Positions 57,953-64,000 of a DNA stretch of 64,000 bases are shown piece after piece. The translations under genes and the position numbers were made by a program. The notes under the pieces are model-generated. The model did not search any database. It was given only the letters and a program-made list of their open reading frames with translations, and was not told the origin of the DNA. Position 1 is the first letter of the stretch; every line of letters begins with the position of its first letter. The DNA comes from an uncultured Chloroflexia bacterium (lineage in GTDB: Bacteria; Chloroflexota; Limnocylindria; Limnocylindrales; CSP1-4), in contig CAWHXD010000008.1 in assembly GCA_963833225.1 (NCBI GenBank), positions 256,001 to 320,000 on the forward strand, given 5' to 3'.

Positions 57953-60400
57953 TCACCCGTCGCTGGTGGCCGTCTCCGCCACACGGACGCGGAAGTCGCG
58001 TCCCTCCCAGCGTCCGGGATCGGGCCACCAGAACGTGAACTCGACCGACGCGCCGGGCGCCAGGCGATCCGATCCCGGGACGTCGGCCAGCCAGACCCCG
58101 AGGCCCGTGTCGAGCGTCTCGAGGTCCGTCCACGTTGCGCCGCCGTCGACGGAGCAGTGGACCCGCGCCGGCGCCATGACCTCGAGGCGCAGGGTGCGTC
58201 CAGCGGGCATCGTGGGTCGCTGGGCCGTGAAGCGCCACGTCGCCCGCGTCGCGACGGGCCGCTTGCCCCGGTAGCGACGCCAGGCCGCCTCGGGGCGGTC
58301 GATGGAGTGGCCCAGGGCGATCGAGCGCACGAGCTTGATGTACTCCGCGTGCGCCCACGCCAGGGGCATCGCCGAGCCACTTGGCCGGCCGGGGTACAGG
58401 TTGTGTCCGGGGATCGGCGCCGTGTCCCAGACCTGCTCTGGCAGCATGCCCCCGCTCGACGCCATTCGGCGCATGGACTCCAGGTACGGGCGGGCGTCGC
58501 GGCCGGCGTCGAGCTCGTAGTGGCCGCGCTCCCCGGTCAGCAGCGGCCAGCCGCGACCGAGCCCGGTCCCATCGTACGGGCCGCCATCCTCGTGCTCGCC
58601 GTAGCCATCGCCCGTGTACCGATGCCAGACCGGGCCATTCGGGGTTTCCGTCCGGAGAAGCGCGTCGGCGACCGCGAGGCTCGCGACGATCCGCTGGTCA
58701 TCGGGCAGCCGGAGTCCGAACCGCACGAGCGCGATGAAGTCCGTGCCCACCATCTCGTCGGCTGGCACCATCGAGAACTCGGCCGGCCGGTTGCGCACCG
58801 GGACCGGCGTCGAGATCGGCGCCCCCGCGAGCACGTCTGGCGACGCGATCCGCACATAGGTCCCGTCAACGCCATGCGCCCGGGCAAGGCGGGAACCCCG
58901 CGCGTAGGTCCAGTCCTCGATCGAGGCGTTCCAGTCGTCGGCCAGCTCGAGACAGTAGGCGGCGGCCGGCCCCGGCAGGTGCTCCGCCGCGACCACGAGG
59001 GCGGCCACGACTGGCGCCAGCGTCGAGGGGCACAGCCCGGCGGTCTCCTCCCAGCGATCCTGGCTGGTGGATGGGCCGGTCCGGGCGATGAAGCCGGCGG
59101 CGCGCGCGATCATCGCGTCCAGGAAGCTTGCCGTGACAAGGTTCTGGAACGCCTCCACGTGGCTCCCGGTCTTGCCGTGCATGTGCGTGGCGCCGCTGCG
59201 GAGAGCCCCGGCCAGGAGGATCGGGTACGCCGCCTCGTCAAGCTGGAGGCCGCTCCAGTACGCGTCCCCATCCACCCACTGGTTCTGCGGCCAGTGCCCG
59301 TCCGGCTCCTGCGATGCGACCAGGTAGCCGAGCGTGCGACGGGCGGTTGCCGCGGCCCCCAGGGCCACGAACGCGCCTGCCGATTCGACGAGGTCGCGGG
59401 ACCACACGAGGTGGTAGCCGCCCCGGTCGTTGCGGGTGTTGCCCCACGGGATCGACAGGCTGGCCACGGTCGCGCCGGGCAGCGTCCGGTCCTGGTGGGA
59501 TCGCAACACGGCGGCCGAGGTCAGGTACAGGTCCCGGGATTGGGCGGGCAGGTCTGCCGGAGGGTCCGCCAGGGTGCGGACGTAGCCCTCCCAGTTGGTG
59601 ACGTACTCATTCCATGCCCCATCGAAATGGGTGGCCAGGGCCGCACAGGCCTCCAGCCCCGCCTCGTCGGGTGTGGCGCCGAACGCGAGGGCGAGGTGAG
59701 CGGTCCCGCCATCGAGCGCGAGCTCCGTCGTGCCGGCCACGTTCCCTGGACCGGCTTGACCATGGGTCCAGGTCATGCGGCCGTTCGCCGTGAAGTCCTG
59801 CCAGCCGTCGGACACCCCGACGTGACCGACGCCCTGGCGGAGCGGGACCGGATCCGAGGCCAGCGCCAGCGCCCAAGGCCCGTTCTGCGCGAACAGCATC
59901 GGCCGCCCCTTCGTCGCGCCGGTCCAGGCCCGCCCGTGCAGGCCGCCGAACCCCAGGTGCGGTGCCAGGAGCGGGTACAGCCGAAGCGGATGGGCCGCCC
60001 GTCCCGGGTCGCCGTCGGCACGCGTGTCGACGAGGCGCGCCTCGATCCGGATGACATCGGCATGGTCGTCCGCACAGATCCGCAGGATCAGCTCGTAGCG
60101 CGGGTGGCGATGGATGATCGTGATCGCGGGGATCCCGTCCCGCTCGTGGCGGACCTCGTGCTCGGCATCACGCTTGACCTCGCTCCAGAACCCGGCATCG
60201 TCGGCCACGATGAAGCCGAGGTCCCGGATCTGGGGCCTGTCGACGTGGGGCCAGTAGACCTCGTTGAGGATCCCGCGCCCGATCGTGAACCACACGCGGC
60301 TCGCGTAGTGGGAGGTTCCGATCGCGTCCTTGTCGCTGCTGGACCAGGTCGGCGGGATACCGGGCGCCCCCGGGGCGAGCGTGCCGCCCGGCCCGCTCAT
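57953..60400 (-). CDS. Glucoamylase / glucan 1,4-alpha-glucosidase (GH15 with glucodextranase N domain)
   Basis: ASLSIPWG, YHLVWSRD, QLDE, DRWEE, GRGWPLLTGERGHYE, LPEQVWD, PLAWAHAEY. Confidence 0.92.
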   Translation of the reverse strand: MSGPGGTLAPGAPGIPPTWSSSDKDAIGTSHYASRVWFTIGRGILNEVYWPHVDRPQIRDLGFIVADDAGFWSEVKRDAEHEVRHERDGIPAITIIHRHPRYELILRICADDHADVIRIEARLVDTRADGDPGRAAHPLRLYPLLAPHLGFGGLHGRAWTGATKGRPMLFAQNGPWALALASDPVPLRQGVGHVGVSDGWQDFTANGRMTWTHGQAGPGNVAGTTELALDGGTAHLALAFGATPDEAGLEACAALATHFDGAWNEYVTNWEGYVRTLADPPADLPAQSRDLYLTSAAVLRSHQDRTLPGATVASLSIPWGNTRNDRGGYHLVWSRDLVESAGAFVALGAAATARRTLGYLVASQEPDGHWPQNQWVDGDAYWSGLQLDEAAYPILLAGALRSGATHMHGKTGSHVEAFQNLVTASFLDAMIARAAGFIARTGPSTSQDRWEETAGLCPSTLAPVVAALVVAAEHLPGPAAAYCLELADDWNASIEDWTYARGSRLARAHGVDGTYVRIASPDVLAGAPISTPVPVRNRPAEFSMVPADEMVGTDFIALVRFGLRLPDDQRIVASLAVADALLRTETPNGPVWHRYTGDGYGEHEDGGPYDGTGLGRGWPLLTGERGHYELDAGRDARPYLESMRRMASSGGMLPEQVWDTAPIPGHNLYPGRPSGSAMPLAWAHAEYIKLVRSIALGHSIDRPEAAWRRYRGKRPVATRATWRFTAQRPTMPAGRTLRLEVMAPARVHCSVDGGATWTDLETLDTGLGVWLADVPGSDRLAPGASVEFTFWWPDPGRWEGRDFRVRVAETATSDG

Positions 60401-61851
60401 CCGGCGACTCCGGTTCGCGCCGCGGGCTCGTGCCACCGGTCGCCTCGGACGAGGACGCTCGCGGCCTCCGGCGGGCCCCAGGACCCGGGCTCGTACACGA
60501 GTGGCGGGGGGGTCTGCGCCAGGACGCCATCCACGATCCGCCACGCCGCCTCAACCGAGTCCTCGCGAGCGAACAGGGACTGGTCGCCCCGGATCGCGTC
60601 GCCGATCAGGCGCTGGTACGGCGGCCGTTCCGTGCCGGCCTGGTGCGAGGCGTACAGCTCGACGGCCTCGCCGACCATGGCCTCGCCGGGCTTCTTGGCG
60701 CGTGCTCCAAGCGAGATCGACATGTCGGGCGACAGCCGGAACCGGAAGGCGCTTGCGTCCGCGGGCTCCGGCTCATCGAACACGGCCTGCGGCGGGCGGC
60801 GCATCTCGACGAGGACCTCGGTCGCGGTGACGGGCAGGCACTTGCCGGTCCGGATGTAGAACGGCACGCCGCCCCAGCGCCAGGTGTCGACGTGCAGGCG
60901 GAGGGCCGCGAATGTCTCCACCGTGGAGTCCGGAGCGACCCCCTTGACCTCCCGGTAGCCCCGGTACTGACCGCGCACGAGGTCGGCCGGTGCCACGGGC
61001 CGGATGGAATCGAGGACCTTGAACTGCTCGTTTCGGACGGCCTCGGGCGTGTGGCCCGACGGGGCCTCCATCGCGAGCAGGCTGACGACCTGGAGGAGGT
61101 GGTTCTGGACCACATCGCGGATCGCTCCCGCCTGGTCATAGAACGCCCCTCGGTCAGCGACATCGAGCGCCTCGGGCATGTTGACCTGGATGCTGGCGAC
61201 GTGGTCGCGATTCCAGATCGGCTCGAGGAACGAGTTGGCGAACCGGAAGTAGAGCAGGTTCTGCACCGGCTCCTTGCCCAGGTAGTGGTCGATGCGGAAG
61301 ATGGCCGGCTCGGGGAACACCGCGTGGATCGTCTCGTTGAGGGCCACCGCCGAGGCGAGGTCCTGCCCGAACGGCTTCTCAACGATGATCCGCGCCCCGG
61401 CCGCGCACCCGGACGCCTCCAGGTGGCCGACCACCTCCGCGAACAGCGCCGGCGGGATGGCGAGGTAGTGCAGCGGATGCTGCGCTTCGCCGAGCTCCTG
61501 CCGAAGGGCGTGGAACGTCTCGGCGTCGTCGTCGGAGCCCTTGACGTAGCGCAGGCGGTCCGTCAGCGCCCGGATCGCGTCGGGATCGCCGATTCCATGG
61601 GCTTCGAGGCTCTGCCGGGCGCGCACCTTGAGGCTGTCCAGGTCGCCCGAACGGGCGACCCCGATGATCGGCACCTCCAGACCCTCGTCACGGATGAGCC
61701 CGGCGAGGGCCGGAAAGATCTGCTTGAAGGCAAGGTCGCCGGTCGCCCCGAAGAAGACGACGGCGTCGGAGGGCTGGGCGGCGCTGGCGGCAGCCCGCCG
61801 GCCGGAGCTGGCAGTCACGGTCAGGCTAGCCCTTGCCTTCCTCGTGGCCAC
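60397..61851 (-). CDS. zwf: Glucose-6-phosphate dehydrogenase
   Basis: [32 protein letters not shown]. Confidence 0.96.
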   Translation of the reverse strand: MATRKARASLTVTASSGRRAAASAAQPSDAVVFFGATGDLAFKQIFPALAGLIRDEGLEVPIIGVARSGDLDSLKVRARQSLEAHGIGDPDAIRALTDRLRYVKGSDDDAETFHALRQELGEAQHPLHYLAIPPALFAEVVGHLEASGCAAGARIIVEKPFGQDLASAVALNETIHAVFPEPAIFRIDHYLGKEPVQNLLYFRFANSFLEPIWNRDHVASIQVNMPEALDVADRGAFYDQAGAIRDVVQNHLLQVVSLLAMEAPSGHTPEAVRNEQFKVLDSIRPVAPADLVRGQYRGYREVKGVAPDSTVETFAALRLHVDTWRWGGVPFYIRTGKCLPVTATEVLVEMRRPPQAVFDEPEPADASAFRFRLSPDMSISLGARAKKPGEAMVGEAVELYASHQAGTERPPYQRLIGDAIRGDQSLFAREDSVEAAWRIVDGVLAQTPPPLVYEPGSWGPPEAASVLVRGDRWHEPAARTGVAG

Positions 61852-62845
61852 CGAACCCGAAGCGCATCGCGGACAGGACCCGGTCGGCGAAGTCGGCCTC
61901 GCCGCGCGACATGAAGCGCTCGTACAGGGCCGTGGTCAGGACCGGGACCGGAGCCCCCACGTCGATGGCGGCGATGCTGGTCCAGCGGCCCTCGCCGGAG
62001 TCCGAGACCCGGCCCGCATAGTCGGACAGGTCCCCGCTGCGCAGGAACCCCTCGGCGGTCAGGTCGAGCAGCCACGAAGCGATCACGCTGCCGCGCCGCC
62101 AGACCTCGGTCACGGCCGGGATGTCGAGCTGGTACTGGTACAGCTCCGGGTCACGCAGCGGCGTGACCTCGGCGCTCACCTCGCGCTGGTGCAGGCCGGC
62201 GTCGGCATGCCGGAGGATGTTCAGCCCCTCGGCATAGGCGGCCATCACGCCGTACTCGATCCCGTTGTGGACCATCTTGACGAAGTGGCCGGCGCCGCTC
62301 GGTCCGCAGTGCAGGTAGCCGTTCTCGGCAGCATCGGGCGTTCCCGTCCGCCCGGGTGTCCGGGGCGCCGCATCCACGCCCGGGGCCAGGGCACGAAAGA
62401 CGGGGTCGAGACGCTCCACGGCGTCGCTCGAGCCGCCGATCATCAGGCAGTAGCCGCGCTCCAGGCCGACGACCCCGCCGCTCGTCCCGCAGTCGAGGTA
62501 GGCGATCCCCTTCGGCGCCAGCGCCGCGGACCGACGGATGTCGTCCACGTAGTGGGAGTTGCCGCCGTCAACGACGACATCGCCGGGGGCCAGGAGCGGC
62601 ACGATCTGGTCGAGCGTCGCGTCGACGGCGGCCGCAGGGACCATCAGCCACAGGAGCCTCGGCGTCGCGAGCTGGCTCACCAGGTCGACGAGCGACGTGG
62701 CACCGGACGAGATGGCGCCGTCCGCGACGAGCCCGTCCACCGTCTCGGCGTGGCGCGCATAGCCGACAACGGCGTGGCCGGCCCCCAGCCACCGGCGCGA
62801 CATGTTGGCGCCCATCCTGCCCAGTCCAATGAGTCCGATCTGCAT
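61826..62845 (-). CDS. gnd: 6-phosphogluconate dehydrogenase (decarboxylating, short YqeC type)
   Basis: GLGRMG, DGGNS, SGG, GHFVKMVHNGIEYG, DSGEGRW, FGGH. Confidence 0.95.
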   Translation of the reverse strand: MQIGLIGLGRMGANMSRRWLGAGHAVVGYARHAETVDGLVADGAISSGATSLVDLVSQLATPRLLWLMVPAAAVDATLDQIVPLLAPGDVVVDGGNSHYVDDIRRSAALAPKGIAYLDCGTSGGVVGLERGYCLMIGGSSDAVERLDPVFRALAPGVDAAPRTPGRTGTPDAAENGYLHCGPSGAGHFVKMVHNGIEYGVMAAYAEGLNILRHADAGLHQREVSAEVTPLRDPELYQYQLDIPAVTEVWRRGSVIASWLLDLTAEGFLRSGDLSDYAGRVSDSGEGRWTSIAAIDVGAPVPVLTTALYERFMSRGEADFADRVLSAMRFGFGGHEEGKG

Positions 62846-62970
62846 GGTCATCTCCCGAAGAGGCGCGGCGGCCCGCTCCGGATGATCATCCACCGTCCCC
62901 GGGAATCGTGCGGGCGCCCGTCGACGCGCCAGCAGGCGGCGATGCGGGCATCCGGGCTACGCTGCCGGTA

Positions 62971-63351
62971 ATGGACGCGCCGATCGACGACGACACGTTC
63001 GAGAGCTGGGTGGTCGAGGCGATCGACGCCCTCCCGCCGCAGTTCCGTGAGCGGCTTGGCAGCGTGGCGATCGTGATCGAGGACTGGGCGACGCCCGAGC
63101 AGCTCGCCGTGACCCACGCCCACGGCCTATATGGCCTCTACTCCGGCGTCCCCCGCAGCCGGCTCGGGGCCGACTGGGCGACCACGCCGTCAAGGATCAC
63201 GATCTACCGTGGCCAGCTCGAAGCCCACTTCCGCACGCCTGCGGCGCTCCGGGCGAAGGTGATCGATACGGTCCACCACGAGATCGCCCACCACTTCGGG
63301 ATCTCCGACGACCGACTCCAGGAGCTCGCGAGGGACCGGGGCACCCCGTAG
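62971..63351 (+). CDS. Zincin-like metallopeptidase (Zincin_1)
   Basis: LYGLYSGVP, RITIYR, HEIAHHFGI. Confidence 0.88.
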   Translation: MDAPIDDDTFESWVVEAIDALPPQFRERLGSVAIVIEDWATPEQLAVTHAHGLYGLYSGVPRSRLGADWATTPSRITIYRGQLEAHFRTPAALRAKVIDTVHHEIAHHFGISDDRLQELARDRGTP

Positions 63352-63373
63352 GGCCCGCTGCCATACTCCACCC

Positions 63374-64000
63374 GTGGACGCGCGCATCCTGCTGGTGGAG
63401 GACGACCCGTCGATCCGGGAGGTCGTGGCGCTGGGGCTCCGCACGGCCGGGTTCGAGGTCGAGACCGCGAGCGACGGCGAAGAGGGCCTGGCCCGGTGGC
63501 GCTCCGGATCGCCGGACCTTGTCCTGCTTGACGTGATGCTGCCGCGCCTGGACGGGCTGGAGGTCTGCCGGGCGATCCGCCGCGAATCCACGACCCCGGT
63601 GGTCATGCTGACCGCGCGCGGCGACACGATCGACGTGGTCGTCGGGCTGGAGTCGGGCGCAGACGACTACGTGCGCAAGCCGTTCGAGATGCCCGAGCTC
63701 GTCGCCAGGATCCGGGCCGCCCTGCGCCGCCAGCGGGCCGAAGCCGGACCCGGCGAGGTCGCGCTCCTGCAGCTGGGCCCGCTCAGGATCGACACGGCCG
63801 GGCGCAGCGTGGACCGTGATGGGGTCGAGCTCGCGCTCACCCGCACCGAGTTCGATCTGCTGGTCGAGCTTGCCCGTCACCCCGGCCAGGTGTTCACCCG
63901 CGAGATGCTGCTGGACCGCGTCTGGGGCTACGACTACCTCGGTGATTCGCGCCTGGTGGATGTCGCGGTCGGCCGGCTTCGGGCGCGGATCGAGAGGGAC
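63374..64000 (+). CDS. OmpR/MtrA-like response regulator (3'-truncated by the window edge)
   Basis: Read by hand from GTG at 63374: ILLVEDD, LDVMLP, GADDYVRKPF, LTRTEFDLL, VWGYDY. Confidence 0.9.
   Translation, partial: MDARILLVEDDPSIREVVALGLRTAGFEVETASDGEEGLARWRSGSPDLVLLDVMLPRLDGLEVCRAIRRESTTPVVMLTARGDTIDVVVGLESGADDYVRKPFEMPELVARIRAALRRQRAEAGPGEVALLQLGPLRIDTAGRSVDRDGVELALTRTEFDLLVELARHPGQVFTREMLLDRVWGYDYLGDSRLVDVAVGRLRARIERD

Overview
High-GC bacterial chromosome segment. The gene content (whiA-yvcK-rapZ, GAAC-N4-GTTC LexA boxes, DUF4180, ECF/anti-sigma types) suggests Chloroflexota, possibly Limnocylindria-like; this taxonomy is inference. Bases ~1-4330 are accessory DNA abutting the 3' end of tRNA-Cys. 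They hold a partial M23 peptidase, an intact IS110 element and a tandem pair of lipoproteins with identical 5' halves and divergent C-terminal domains, plus a third decayed copy. The non-coding left end of the IS110 folds like a bridge RNA whose guide segments match its own target and donor junctions. The rest is mostly core genome: 8 tRNAs, htpX/lemA, a long minus-strand run (uvrC-secD-secF-recJ-TolB-like-pyrF-tatAC-rapZ-yvcK-whiA-tpiA-gpmI-secG-SBP), uvrA/uvrB, polA, mutM, coaE, an ABC-F ATPase, dnaE, two-component systems, an ECF sigma with two 5'-identical anti-sigma genes, and gnd-zwf-glucoamylase. Many essential genes carry clustered frameshifts, most likely long-read assembly errors.
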